The notes under the pieces were generated by a model. The model did no database searches and had not been told where the DNA came from. It saw only the letters and a list, made by a program, of their open reading frames with translations. The translations under genes were made by a program, and so were the position numbers. From the human T2T-CHM13v2.0 reference genome, Homo sapiens, in NCBI RefSeq assembly GCF_009914755.1, contig NC_060925.1: DNA of 64,000 bases. One strand, 5' to 3'. Of the stretch, positions 34,211 to 47,589 are shown one piece after another; within the stretch, counting starts at the first letter, position 1, and every line of letters starts with the position of its first letter.

Positions 34211-36124
34211 CTAGTTAAATTCTGTTTACTTTAAGGTCACTATTTGAATTTTATCTTCTCTGGGCAGTTTTCTGTGACTGTATAAAGCTGGTTTTAAAAA
34301 CTTTCAATGTAAACCATATAACACCTGTTATTTTACACTCATAGTAATGTTTTGAAATTGTCCTTTTACTTATCTGTCTCCTCTAAACAACATATGCAAG
34401 GGCAAGACTTGTTTGATTACTGCTGTGCCTTGCACAGTATCTGGCAAAGAGTAGGGGCAACCTTTGCCAAATGAAATTTAATTGAATTGTCTGTCATTTG
34501 TGCCAGATGTCCACCCCTGGCTGGTTAAAAAGAGAGAACAAAAAGAGGGTGGATAGGAGGGAGTAGCCAGGTCTAGGTGGTATTAGTGATGCATCCTTTG
34601 ATGACAAAGACTAATGTTGCTACCTCATTTGGTTTACTTTAGGTTTAGAGAAGCTTGTTAGGACAATCCAAAATGAGCTTCTGATAGAATATGTAGGTGT
34701 GCCGGTTACCTGAGGGCAGGAGAACAGCCCAAAATCAGCTAAGCAAGTTAGTGAGCAGTTGTTATTAGTCAGCCATGCCCACTTCAACAAAATTGTATCA
34801 ATGGATAGCTTGTAATTTTCCTACAGTTTTTATGAAAGAGCTGGTAACAAATGGAATGAAATGTGCATAGCTCAATTCTACACATTTACTAACTGAAAAG
34901 TTGGCCAAGGGATACCAAGTCTTTTTTTGTTGTTGAAATCAAAGATTATGAATTGGTTTCCTTATCATTTATAAAAATTTGTATTTTTTTTCATATTTCC
35001 TTTTAGGGTAGAAACATTCCTAAAAATAGGCTATAAGACTAGTTAATAGCAGTTAAGATAGTAATTATGTGATAAAATTGTTAATATTTACATGATTAAA
35101 TAGTAATTACAGTAGGTTATTTTAATTTCAAGAAAAGTAAATGGTGTACATTAATGATGAAAACTAACTCTACAGGTTTTGTTTACAGGATTTTTAGAAG
35201 ACTAGTTAAATTAAATTTTTTTCTATAGGCAAGAGTAGACCTCTAATTTTTAACTTTTATATGATAAGTTAATTTTATATTTGTAATGGGTCACACTTAC
35301 TAATTACTAAGTTACTCTCTTAAAAAAGCATCTTCAACATACTGAGGTTTACATTTCATATCTGTGCAACTGTGCCAATATCGTCCAATATTAAATATAT
35401 AAATAACATAATATTAGAGAGATATTGGTGAATATAAATTAAAATTAGATTGAGAAGCTTTTTGGCTAGAATTCACTTTAGGATTTATATTGCTTATATT
35501 ACTCTTCTTTTTCAGGACTTGTGCCATAGCACAGAGAAGTGGAGAATACAAGAACAGCAACATCCAGAAATTAAAACACAAACAAACCAAAGCACCCACA
35601 ACAACTCAGACTAGGCCCTTATTATCGGAGTTTCAGTCAGCCAACATAAAGTAGGCTCTTTCTACACCCACCTCTGCTTTATTATCCACAGTATTTTTCA
35701 GTCTTACTTCTATCAAAATCATCTAACTTATTGATTTGTTTACTTGTTTATTCTCCATTTCTGTAGTCCTAGTTTTCTTTTTCCTAAGAGTTGTTTCTTC
35801 ATAAAAGCAGGTGACCTCTGCAACTTATCTTGTCACTCTCTACCCTTTGTACCCAGAATAATGTCTAATATATACTAACTAAGTGTTCAACTCTGATATC
35901 TCACCTTTTTTCCCCAATGTCCCTTTCCTCTTTCCCTTTCTTCCATTCCTAACTTCCTCCCTTGAGTCAAAACCTTTCTCTTCTATAGCAGGCAACAGAT
36001 TAAAAAAATCTCATCAGATTAGAGGAAATAAATTCCAACTTTATAACTGGAAAGAAAGAGTAATAGCTTGATTTCTATTGCCTATGCTTACAACAGGAAA
36101 ATTGAGCAAACATTTTTTCACAAA

Positions 36125-37088
36125 ACACTGAATCCTCCCTTTCTTCTTGAGTATAGGCTGGATTTAGTGAGTTGATTCCACAGAATAGAGTATAGGAAGG
36201 GGTGAAAAGTTACTTTGCGGTGCAGAAAATTGGCAGTCACTATCTTAATGAAGTGATCAAAGTTAACTTTCCCAGTGATATAATTTTGATACTACGTACC
36301 CTTGATATGATATGATGAGAATGCCACTTCTCTGATGTGACATTCTTCCCCAGACCAATAGCCACAGTCTAAGAATAAGAAAAGCATCTGACAGGGCTAG
36401 GCGGGGTGGCTCATGCCTGTAATCTCAGCACTTTGGGAGGCCAAGGCGGGCCGATCACGATGTCAGGAGATTGTGACCATCCTGGCTGACACGGTGAAAC
36501 CCCATCTCCACTACAAATAACAAAAATTAGTAGGGTGTGGTGGTGGGCACCTGTAGTCCCAGCTACTCGGGAGGCTGAGTCAGAAGAATGGCTTGAACCC
36601 GAGAGGCAGAGCTTGCAGTGAGCCCAGATTGTGCCACTGCACTCCAGCCTGGACGATAGAGCAAGACAGTCTCAAAAAAAAAAAAAAAAAAAAAAAAGAA
36701 AAGCATCTGATAAACACAGAATGAAGATCATTCTACCAAACATGTGCCCAGTGCTTCTCAAGCCTGTCAAGGTCATCAAAAACAAGGAAAAACAATCACA
36801 GACCAGAGAAGACTAAGGAGGCATGATATCCAAATGTGATGTGGTACTGTGGATGGGATCTTGCAACAGAAAAAGAATATTAGAGAAAAACTGGTGGAAT
36901 CCAAAAACAGTCTAGAGTTTAGTTAACAGTAATATACCAATGTTGGTTTGTTGTGATGAATGTACTGTGGTGTTTATGTAAGATGTTAACTATTAGGAAA
37001 ACTGGATGTGGAAACTCTGTATACTATCTTTGTAACTTTTATGTAAATCTACAACTCTTCTGAAATAAAAGGATTTTATTTTAAAAAA
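36125..37088 (+). mobile_element. L1MD/L1MC-type 3' end interrupted by an Alu
   Basis: aagtgatcaaagttaac...gtcaaggtcatcaaaaacaagg...tactatctttgtaacttttatgtaaatct...aaataaaa. Confidence 0.85.
36395..36697 (+). mobile_element. AluY-like
   Basis: gaccatcctggct, gagcttgcagtgagc; TSD aagaaaagcatctga at 36377-36391 and 36696-36710. Confidence 0.94.
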
Positions 37089-37484
37089 GCAACTAGGAAA
37101 TTCTAGCTTGATGTCTCCTCCAACTTTGTACAGATTTTGCCAAAATATTGCATTCTTTTATAATCCCATTTCTATGGGAATAACAATTTTAAAGTCTGTT
37201 TTTTGGTGGCATAATAACGCATATAAAAATCTAGTACACATATTTCAGCAAATGAACTTAATCAGCAAATTAAAAAATTCTACAAGAATTGTCATTTTTA
37301 CTATTGTCCCCGTTTTGTATATTTTGCTGATAGCTGCCATTTCTCCAGCGACTATTAGGATATCATTAAAATCCTGAGTTAACATGTTATTTGAATATCT
37401 CTTACATACTTTGACACATTAATTCGTAATGAACAGTGGTAAGCCAATGACTACATTTATTGATGGAGAGGAAAAAGGAAAATA

Positions 37485-38203
37485 TGGATGACCCTTGAGC
37501 AACTCAGGGATTAAGACCACTGCCCTCTGCATAGTCAAAAATCCACATATAACTTCTGACTCCCCCAAAACTTAACTACTAATAGCCTACTGTTGGCAGA
37601 AGCCTTATCAATAAAACAGTTAATGAACATGTTTGTATGTTTTGTTTGTTCTTAGCTACTGGAGTTACCTAAGTTTAATTTAGGAGTGATCACAGCAATT
37701 CCTAGTTCATGAGAGAGCTAAAGCAGCCAGTTTATTCCCAAATATTTCAGGACTGCTTGGGAATCTTGGCAAATGGCTTTGCTCACCTCAAGGTATTTCA
37801 GAAGTGAGAAGTATTGACAATATGATAAAGTGGTCAGGCTTTGATCTGAAAGTCAAATGGTATTTTGCATCTTATGACAGGGAAATTAAGATGCATATAC
37901 TGTTTTCTTACAAGAAAACTAGAGAAAAGAAAATGATATTAAGAAAATCATAAGAAATAAAATATATTTACTATTTATTAAATGGAAGTGGATAATCATA
38001 AAGGTCATCATTCTTACTGTCTTCACATTGAGTAGGCTGTGGAGGAAGAGGAAGAGTTGGTCTTGCTGTCTCAGGGGTAACAGAGGTGGAAGAAGGGAAA
38101 GAGGAGGAGAAGAGGTAGGCACACTCAGTATAACCTTTATTGAAAACAATTCACATATAAGCAAACCTGCACAATTCAAACCTGTGTTATTCAGGGTCAA
38201 CTG
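37485..38203. mobile_element. Tigger2a (MER28-like), split by a 244-bp foreign insert
   Basis: TIR remnants (ta)tggatgacccttga and agggtcaactg; internal cttaactactaatagcctactgttg and aaatggaagtggataatcataaaggtc. Confidence 0.88.
37650..37893 (+). repeat. Local duplication, copy 1 (inside Tigger2a)
   Basis: About 85-90% identical by eye to 38917-39157. Confidence 0.95.
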
Positions 38204-38916
38204 ATATTAGCTCTTCTTTATTAATTTCTCTGTTGTTTGATTTACTACGCAAATTGTATTTTTAATGGAATATCGCTAATTCAAAAAAGTTGTAAAGAAG
38301 GGTTATCAGTTGAGATAAAATTGAGCATCAGTGGACATTATACTGTTGCTAAGCAATAACAGTAGTCTGTCTGTTTTATAGGGGATTATATAATGAATAA
38401 ATACTGTAGATATAAGAAAGACAATTGCTTAAAATGGACATTTATAAAGCTCTGTCTGTGAATTAATTGAATAGATTCACAGTGTCCTAAGATGGTACAA
38501 GTTACTAAGATTTTGAACTTCAATTTTGGCCTTAGTTAATAAGTAATTTTTTTGCTACGTCAGTTTTTTTAAACATTTTTTCCATTAGCATGAGCTTTCA
38601 GAGGAACAATTATTTATGGTTTTAAAAATTGCTGGCTTGCTACTATTTATATTCATTAACTGCTAAACACTCAGGGACTACGTGCCTCAGGGAACTGGGG
38701 TAATTGTCCATGCTAACCAAGTAGAGTGATAAAGCGTTTAACAAACAAAACTTTCCACTTCTACTTCCCTTGTAGGAAGTTTATTAACATTTATAACCAC
38801 CATGATGTTAGGAATCAACATTTATTAAAAACCACTTTGTGTGACAGTACTGCCAGCTTCGTGCCAACTCTTGAGACTGAAGAGACTATTTGGCAGTAAG
38901 CATGAATGAGCTTTTA

Positions 38917-39157
38917 TCTTAGCTACTGGAGTTTCCTAGACTTTAATTTAGGAGTGATCACAGCAATTACTAGTTCATGAGAACTACAGCAGCCAGTTTA
39001 TTTCCAAATATTTCAGGACTGTTAGTGAATCTCAGTGAATGGCTTTGCTCATCTCAAGATATTTCACAAGTGAGAAGTATTAACAATGATAAGGTAGCCA
39101 GGCTTTGATCTGAAATTCAAATGGTACTGTGTCTCTTATGACAGAGAAATTAAGATG
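38917..39157 (+). repeat. Local duplication, copy 2 (presumed source)
   Basis: About 85-90% identical by eye to 37650-37893. Confidence 0.95.
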
Positions 39158-39385
39158 TGTTACCTTCCTTTCCCTGTTACACAGCAGCTACATATATGTA
39201 CTTGATATAATATCTTTTACCATTGATTTAAAGGAGTGTAAAAACTTGGGAAAGTCATTGAGGCTTTCTGATTATTGTTCACTTCATCTCTAGTAAATGG
39301 GGAAAACAATACAAATTCCATAGGTCACTGTAAGAAAAAAATTTTTAAATGTATATAAAAATGCTTTAAAAAATGTAAAGCATGC

Positions 39386-41679
39386 TGATATGGTTTGACT
39401 CTGTGTCCTCATCCAAATCTCATCTTGTAGCTCCCATAATTCCCACATGTAGTGGAAGGTACCTGGTGGGAGATGATTGAATTATGGGGGCAGGTCTTTC
39501 CTGTGCTGTTCTTATGATAGTGAATAAGTCTCACAAGATCTGACGGTACTATAAGGGGTAATTTCCTTGCACAAGCTCTTTTTGCCTGCTACCATCCACG
39601 TAAGTTGTGACTTGCTCCTCCTTGCCTTCTTCCATGATTGTGAGGCCTCCCCAGCCACATGGAATTGTGAGTCCAATTAAATCTCTTTCTTTTGTAAATT
39701 GCTCAGTCTCAGGTATGTCTTTATCAGCAGCATGAAGATGGACTAATACAGTAAATTGGCACCAGTAGAGTGGGGCTTTGCTGAAAAGATACCTGAAAAT
39801 GTGGAAGCGACTTTGGAACTGGGTAACAGGCAGAGGTTGGAACAGTTTGGAAGGCTCAGAAGAAGGCAGGAAAATGTGGGAAAGTTTAGAACTTCCTAGA
39901 GACTTGTTGAATGGCTTTGGCAAAAATGCTGATAGTGACATGAACAATAAGGTCCAGGCTGAGGTGGTCTCAGATGGAGATGAGGAACTTGTAGGGAACT
40001 GGAGTAAAGGTGACTCTTGTTACGTTTTAGCAAAGAGACTGGTGGCATTTTGCCCCTGTCCTAGATATTTGTGGAACTTAGAATTTGAGAAAGATGATTT
40101 AGGGTATCTGGTGGAAGAAATTTCTAAGTGGCAAGGCATTCAAGAGATGACTTTGGTGCTGTTATAGGCATTCAGTTTCAAAAGGGAAACAGAGCATATA
40201 AGTTAGGAAAATTTACAGCCTGACAATGCAATAGAAAAGAAAATCCCATTTTCTAAGGAGAAATTCAAGCCAGCTGCAGAAATTTGTGTAAATAATGAGG
40301 TGCCAAATGTTAATCCCCAAGACAATGGGGAAAATGTCTCCAGGGTATGTCAGAGGTCCTCACAGCAACCTCTCCCATCATAGGCCCAGAAGCCTAGGGA
40401 AAAAAAAATGGTTTCATGGGCTGGGCCCAGGGTCTCCATCCTGTGTGCAGCCTAGGGACTTGCTACCCTGTGTCCTGGCCACTCCAGCTGTGACTAAAAG
40501 GGGCCAAGGTACATCTCAGGCTGTTGCTTCAGAGGGTGGAAGCCCCAAGCCTTGGCAGCTTCCACATTGTGGTGAGCCTGCAGGTGCACAGAAGTCATGA
40601 ATTGAAGTTTGGCAACCTCCTCCTAGATTTCAGATGATGAATGGAAATACGTGGATGTCCAGGCAGAAGTTTGCTGCAGGGGTGGGGCCCTTCAGGCCAG
40701 TGTGGAAGGGAGATGTGGGGTCAGATCCCTCACACAGAGTCCTTATTGGGACCCCACCTAGCAAAGCTGTGAGAAAAGGGCCACAGTCCTCCAGACCAGA
40801 ATGGCAGATCCACCAACAGCTTGTACCGTGCAACAGCTTACACCTGTAAAACTGCAGACACTCAACTCCAGCCCATGAAAACAGCTGGGAGGGAGACTAT
40901 AACCTGTAAAGTCACGGGGCAGAGCTGCCCAAGACCATGGGAACCCACCTCTTAGATCAGCATGACCTGGACATGTGACATGGAGTCAAAGGAGATCATT
41001 TTGAAACTTTAAGATTTGACTTTCCTGCTGGATTTCGGACTTGCACTGGGGTCTGCAGCCCCTTTGTTTCAGCCAATTTCTCCTATTTGGAATGGCTTTA
41101 TTTACCCAAGGCCTGAACCCCCATTTTATCTAGGAAGAAACCAGCTTGCTTTTGATTTTGCAAGCTCATAGGTGGAAGGGTCTTGCCTTGTCTCAGATGA
41201 AGGTTTGGACTTGGACTTTTGGGTGAATGCTGAAATGAGTTAAGACTTTGGGGGACTGTTGGGAAGGCTTAATTGGTTTTGAAATGTGAAGATATGAGAT
41301 TTGGGAGGGGCCAGGGGTGGAATGATATGGTTTGGCTCTGTGTTCACACTCAAATCTCATCTTGTAGCTCCCATAATTCCCATCTATTGTGGGAGGTACC
41401 TGCTGGGAGATGATTGTATTATAGGGGTGAGTCCTTCCTGTGCTGTTCTCATGATAGCCAATAAGTCTTACAAGATCTGACAGTACTATAAGGGGGAGTT
41501 TCCTTGCACAAGCTCTTTTTGCCATCCACATAACTTGTGACTTACTCCTCCTTGCCTCTGCCATGATTGTGAGGCCTTCCCAGCCACATCAAACTGTGAG
41601 TTCAATTAAACCTTTTTCTTTTGTAAATTGCCCAGTCTCAGATATGTCTTTATCAGCAGCTTGAAAATGGACTAAAACA
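39386..41679 (+). mobile_element. Complete THE1B-like MaLR: 5'LTR 39386-39750, internal 39751-41322, 3'LTR 41323-41679
   Basis: Two ~360-bp TG...CA LTRs, polypurine tract at 41301-41322, perfect TSD catgc at 39381-39385 and 41680-41684, MaLR internal ORF remnant 39778-40167. Confidence 0.96.
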
Positions 41680-43538
41680 CATGCGTTGTCTTTTCTTCCT
41701 GATATTACACAATAGATACAGGAAAAGGATGAAGAAAGAAATTGGCTTTTCATCTTTTTTTTTGTTTTGTTTTACTACTTTTGCCACTTCACCCACATGA
41801 ATACAATATTAACAAAAAATATAGCTAAATTGTTTCTATCATGAACAAAATCATCCATTGTTAATTTCTTTCAAGAAAACGGAAACAAATGAGTCAGTAG
41901 AGACCTCTGTGTTTTCATTATTTGCTTTGGTATATAAAGAGTGTGGGTTTGCAAAGATATCAGATTCTAAATATTTAACTTAATATAAGGCATTTAGATG
42001 TGTAATTTAATTCAAACACTTCTGCACACTTGGTGCCTAACTGGTTTTTTTATTACATAATCATTTCTCCATTTAGATCTCAGAGTATAAACCAAAACCT
42101 TTCTTTGGGGGGTGTTTGTGCATGTCTGTGTATGTCTGTGTGGGCTTGAATGTTTTACAAATATTTGGTACTTAGCAGATTTTTTTTTCCAAGCAGATGT
42201 TCATCAAAGACTTCCATGAATTTGTACTTACAGTGATTAACATTAAGAACAACATTTATGGATGAAAAATAGACATCTTTATTATTTTAAAAAATGGCTC
42301 ACTAAATTCCTTTTGAAAAATTATAGTATTTTTAGTCCTGATGAGAACATATAGACTGTATAGAAGTTTATCAAAATCATTATTCTGCTGACTTTATTTA
42401 ACAAGAGTTTCAGATAAGTAAAACTTTAAAATGCTAATTAGCTCAAATTCTGCATCTGCATTATGCAATTATAAATGTGTATTTTACCCCTCAAGTGTTA
42501 AGCACCTTTTATTCATCAATTACAGACTGACCAAATCTCTATATTCGTTTCGTCTGTTTAATACAGGTGAGGCATACGCATGTTTCCTGGCTGGAGAACC
42601 ACTTATTTGTTTAATATTTATTTTTAAACTGAAGAATGAAGAAAATAAATTTCAAAACGTCGGAGTCCAAAAGAATGTGGCTAAAATATGTACATGAAAT
42701 ACTGTACTAAAACAGTCCACAGTCATCAGTAAATGCATATCCATTAACGGGTAAGTTACCAAATTCATACCACTCAGCAGCATTGTAATGCTGACTAATA
42801 AAAAATCAGCATTTTTAATAAGCATTATGGTATTCTCTGATCTGGCATGAAAGTAATCAGGTGTTCACATGCCTAAGGTGAGGGCTAATAGGTGCCTCCC
42901 AAATTATTGCACCACCTTTACTTCCCCAGGGAAAATATCACTAAAAGGTTAGAAATGTAGAGGAGTGCAATGTAATTTGAATTTTGAATCTCCTTTCCTT
43001 GTCCCTTCATAAACTGAAATCTACCTGTGGATCCTCATTTGATAAATAAGTTGAATTATGACTTTGAGGCAGCTGATCATCATGTGTGGAGTCAAACTCA
43101 AGTCCTAGTTTAAGTCAAAACCTTTAAAACTAGTGACTGGTTGAGAAAATGAATAGGCTACTACAGCACATTGAGAATTTTAAGCAATTCATTGATTGCT
43201 TAATGAATAGCATGTGTCAAGGCCAGATTAAGAAACATGATCTTCTAACAGGGAATCCATGTAACTGCCTTTAGTCACTAAGTATTGGAATTTAGGCCCA
43301 GCCCTGTTGTCATCTCTCTGAGGAAAACAAAGCAATAGGAGGCATGATTCTTGCCCTCAAGTGCTAGCTTCACATTCACAGGGATGACACAACAATATGT
43401 TTAAGACTGAAACTGCATATTTCTCAAGAACAATCAGTATTTGAGAAATTGAAAGATATATTTGGGAAGAGTACCCGAAAAAGTTTCCTGAATAAGTTGG
43501 CTCTTTAAGAGGGTCTTAAAGAGTGAGTAAAAATTAAT

Positions 43539-43703
43539 CAATAATTCTTAGCCCTGGCTGTACATTAGAATAGTCTAATCTTTTAAACACTACCTGGGCC
43601 CCACCCTTAGAAATTGTGACCTAATTGGTCTAGGGTGGGGCCCATTATTTTTTTACAAAGTTCCCCACTGATTTTAATGTCCTGGCAGGGTTGAGAACTT
43701 TGG
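43539..43703. mobile_element. MER5-family hAT-Charlie MITE
   Basis: ggctgtacattagaat...cctgggccccaccc...aattggtctagggtggggccc...agggttgagaac. Confidence 0.8.
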
Positions 43704-44003
43704 AGTAATACAATGAAGAAGGGAAAGGGAAGAGGAAAAGTAAAAGTTTAAGAACGTGTGGCAATTCGTTCAATAAAAACATTTATTGAGTATCTACTTG
43801 ATGCTAGCATTGAACTAGGTGGTGGGTAAAATAAAAATAATTCAGAAGTGATGCTTGAAGTTTTCTATCTAGTAGAGAGAATCACGGATAAACAAGTTAT
43901 TACAATGCCATATGATACTTGTATATGTGTGTGTATATCTCTTTTTCCTGTGCTCCATAGCACATTACAGGAGAATGATTGTTGTATTTTTGTTGCTTAG
44001 AGC

Positions 44004-44190
44004 ACTGGTTTTCAAAATTGGTTACAGATTGGAATCATCTGAAGGGCACTAAAAAGTACTGATGTTTGGGTCCCACACCCAGAAATTCTAATTTGATTGG
44101 TTTTGGAATCAAAATTTTAATGTAAATATGAAAACAAACCCCAAACCTCCCTAGGTTATTCCAATACACAGCACTGGACTAAAGATACTG
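44004..44190. mobile_element. MER5-family hAT-Charlie MITE
   Basis: attggaatcatctgaagg...ctgatgtttgggtcccacacccagaaattctaatttgattgg. Confidence 0.75.
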
Positions 44191-44389
44191 GCCTGACAGA
44201 AGTGAAAGGTGCATTTAGGAGTCAGGTTGCCAGGCAAAACAATATTGAATGAAGCCCTGATCCAAGCAGAGATCTGGGGATCCCTACACTGAATGAGTTG
44301 CTGTCCTTGATGGTTCTCTGTGATCCAATGAAAAGGGAATTTTTAGAAGTATTCTCTGGCAACAAAACAAGGAGTAGAATATGGGAAGG

Positions 44390-44648
44390 AGTTGCCAAAA
44401 GTGATTTGTCCGTTAGGCACAATAGCCATAGTGCCTAGGGGCCCAACAAAATGTATTAATGTTCTTTAAAATCAGAAATAACAACTTCTAGGTAGAAGAA
44501 GCTGTCTTATATATAATAGTAGCATATCGATCTTTTTAACCAACACAATAGTAAAATATAATTTTTAGTGTGTGTTTGTATAAAATGGAGGAAGGGACCC
44601 ACAAAGGTAAAAGTGCTTAGGTCCAATGGAAGTCATACCACAGCTCTG
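44390..44648. mobile_element. Probable hAT-Tip100-type MITE (MER91-like)
   Basis: taggcac...gtgcctaggggccc and aaagtgcttagg...cagctctg terminal motifs. Confidence 0.45.
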
Positions 44649-46754
44649 GATTAAAGGAGAACCTAGTCTCAACGAATTTCAATTTCTTTCAGATATATTA
44701 TTTGTACAAATAAGAAGCATTTGCTTTCTTATTCCTTTGAATTTTTCCACCTTGATTTCTCAGAAGTGGAATGCAAGGGCCAAGTCTTTAGTCTTATTAG
44801 AATATCTAGTTCCATGTTGGAAGGAACTAATTGAATGAAACAAAACATCTGGTTCTGAAAGGCTATATGCTGTCAGAGGACACATGATGGGTCCTGTCTA
44901 GATACTCTTAACCTCTTTGTCCAACCATAGACTCCTAGTTTTCCTTCAAAACTTACCTAAAACTTTTGAGCTCTGCGTGTAACTTTCTCTACCTTGTCCT
45001 AAAGTAATCTGCCTAAAGTAATCACTGTGATGTCCATCCATCATCATTTTGTTCACCCATTGTTGCACACTCACTATGCATTATGGCGAGTCAAGTGTGG
45101 GTCAGTCTCTTCCAACATGACCCTCAATAAACCTCATTCTGGTTTATTCACTCCTGTGTTCTTAGGCTCTTTCATAATTCCTAATATATAATAGGTGCCC
45201 CTAAATATCCATTAATGTAGTAGATAAATATGTTATTAAATGTAAAACTCTATAAATTTGGACTATTCTTTGGAGGAAAATGCAGCAAATGAATTAAAGT
45301 TCTGGTCAACTTTTTTTTAACAAAATGAAAAGAGGTTACTTCTCAGACAATTTATACTTCAATAATCTAGGACATAAATAGATGAAGAATGTTAATTAAA
45401 ATCTTGCAATTCTTGATAAACCTCAAATAATTTTTTTCTCTTTAATAGTTACAATTTATCGTTCCAAAATAGAAAGGCCTTAGCAAGAACCATCATTCCT
45501 TGAACTTTTATTTTGAATAAGATTTTAGACTTTGCAGCATGTGACACACTTATTTTTCTGCCCGAGCTGGAAGATATGTAGACCAGTATTGGCCACACAT
45601 CTAAAGAAACTTGAAGAGTGTAAACAAATTATTCTACTATCAATGATAATCTTTGTTCATAAACTTTTAAAAAAAACATCCGTTCACATTTAAAGTATGT
45701 TTTCTTTATCTCAAATATGATCGGACTGAAGATCTGGCTGCTTGTTTGTATTTTCCAGAAAGCACTGAGTTTCAGACTGCTATTTCAGCTGGGGCACATA
45801 TGTAAAAACTGATTCAATTAAAGGAAGGGGAATATTAGAGTTATTTTTAATCAGTGGGGTAGCTATTTTTAATCTAGCCCCTAAAGAGCAGTTGCACTGA
45901 CTGTAAAGTAATCCACCACACTTGGATGTTAATGTCAATTATGCTAGTTTCAACTCTCTAGAAAGTATGCTGCTGCATTTTACAGCATATACATAGCTTG
46001 AGGTCAAAGATGATCTCCTCAAAAAGTAGATATTAAACTGAGATCGAGGAGGCAGGAGAATTTGTTCACCTGAGTTGGGATTTTCATGGGTTGCTAAGGA
46101 AAGGTCTGGAGAAGGACATAATGGAAGAATAGATCAGATAAAATAATAGAAGAAAGATATCATAAGAGGAAGAGATGGGGAAAATAGGAAAGATTTGGAT
46201 GATACAAAGGAAATGCACTTGAACACTGACTAAGTGTGACAGGCATGTGTGTCATCATGGAATTAGTGGACCTCTAGGCTCTAGTTGAAATTTGGTATGA
46301 CAGCAGGTCTAGCTTGGTGAATGGTGAGGTTTTAGGTGGAGTTGGAGTAGAGTGCCTAAGCACTTTTGAAGCGAGCTCCGGAGAATATGAAAACAGTCGA
46401 TGATCACAAGAGGCTCACAGTCTAGTAGTAGTGATTGCAAGTAAAACTGACCATTCTTATGATGAACGACCCCCAAAAAAGGCAGGGGAAGAGGAGGGGC
46501 CCAGTAGATTCATTGACACAGTATTGTCTAACAGTGATATGAGAAATTAAGGCACTATCAATGTCAAGGGAGAATTTATTAGCCTTCTGTGTAGGGAATG
46601 AATCAGATCCAAAAGCATGGAGACTGAGAGCTAAAGGAGATCTTGGCGATCCTTATACCAACTTTCTCAGTGTTCAGGTGACAAAGGCTAAGTTGCTCCA
46701 AAGTGACTGCATTCATTTAATGAAGGCCACAGCTCCACAGCTCCACAGTCCCTG

Positions 46755-46970
46755 CAGTGGTTAGTAGCACAGGCTCTGAGGTTAGATTACCTGGGTTCAA
46801 ATTTGAATTCCAAAACTTATTAAGTTACTTAAGCCTCTGTGTCCCAGTTTCTGCAATAGTAGAGATAAGATATAGTTGTCTACCTACTTGTGAAAATTCT
46901 ATGCATTCACACAACTAAAATGCTTCGAACAGTTGCTAGTATATAAAAACTATTCAATAAATGATAGCCA
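46755..46970 (+). mobile_element. MIR
   Basis: cagtggttagtagcacaggctctgagg...cctgggttcaaat...aagttacttaagcctctgtgtcccagtttc. Confidence 0.85.
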
Positions 46971-47589
46971 TGCTGATTTACAGCTGCAGAAATTGGGATA
47001 GACACTGGCAATTATAGACTTATTTCCAGATTTCCTCTTTCCCACTCTAGCCTTGTTGGTGTTTATATAACAGTTAAGTAATGGAACTTTAAGTCTTAGC
47101 CCTGATTTTGCTTTTTTGTTTGTTTTCTGGTTAATTATATAACATAATTAACTTATTAGAAAAATAACTAAAAGTTGTTCCATAAACTCTTAACTTTATT
47201 TTAAAGAAGACTATAAAAGCAATTACATTTGTATTTGTGGCAAAAGCAGCCGATGTACTAAAGTCTGTGGATGTTAGAAGGCCTTGACTATTAAGCTTTA
47301 CTTTTTTGGAACTTCCTCATAACTAGCAGAAATGGGACTTCTTGCAAGGGCAACCTGGGCTCAGAACCTCTTAAGAACCGTTGACCTGCCAGCTCCTGTC
47401 TCTTGGGCTCAGAATTTCCTGCCTTCTTAGCAAATGAAACAACTGAATATTGGCTCTAGACCCAGGGATATATGAAAGAAGGTATCCCCCACCTCATACA
47501 TGCACCATACACTCACAAACACATGCACTGACATCTGTGAGCTGAACTCTGTGTAGGAATTGTCACTAAGGACACGTCATTATAATTTG

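Noticed and set aside
39778-40167. 129-aa ORF as a domesticated gene
   Set aside because: Standard truncated remnant of the THE1 internal ORF
45560-45625. Possible L3/CR1 fragment
   Set aside because: Too short and diverged to support by eye
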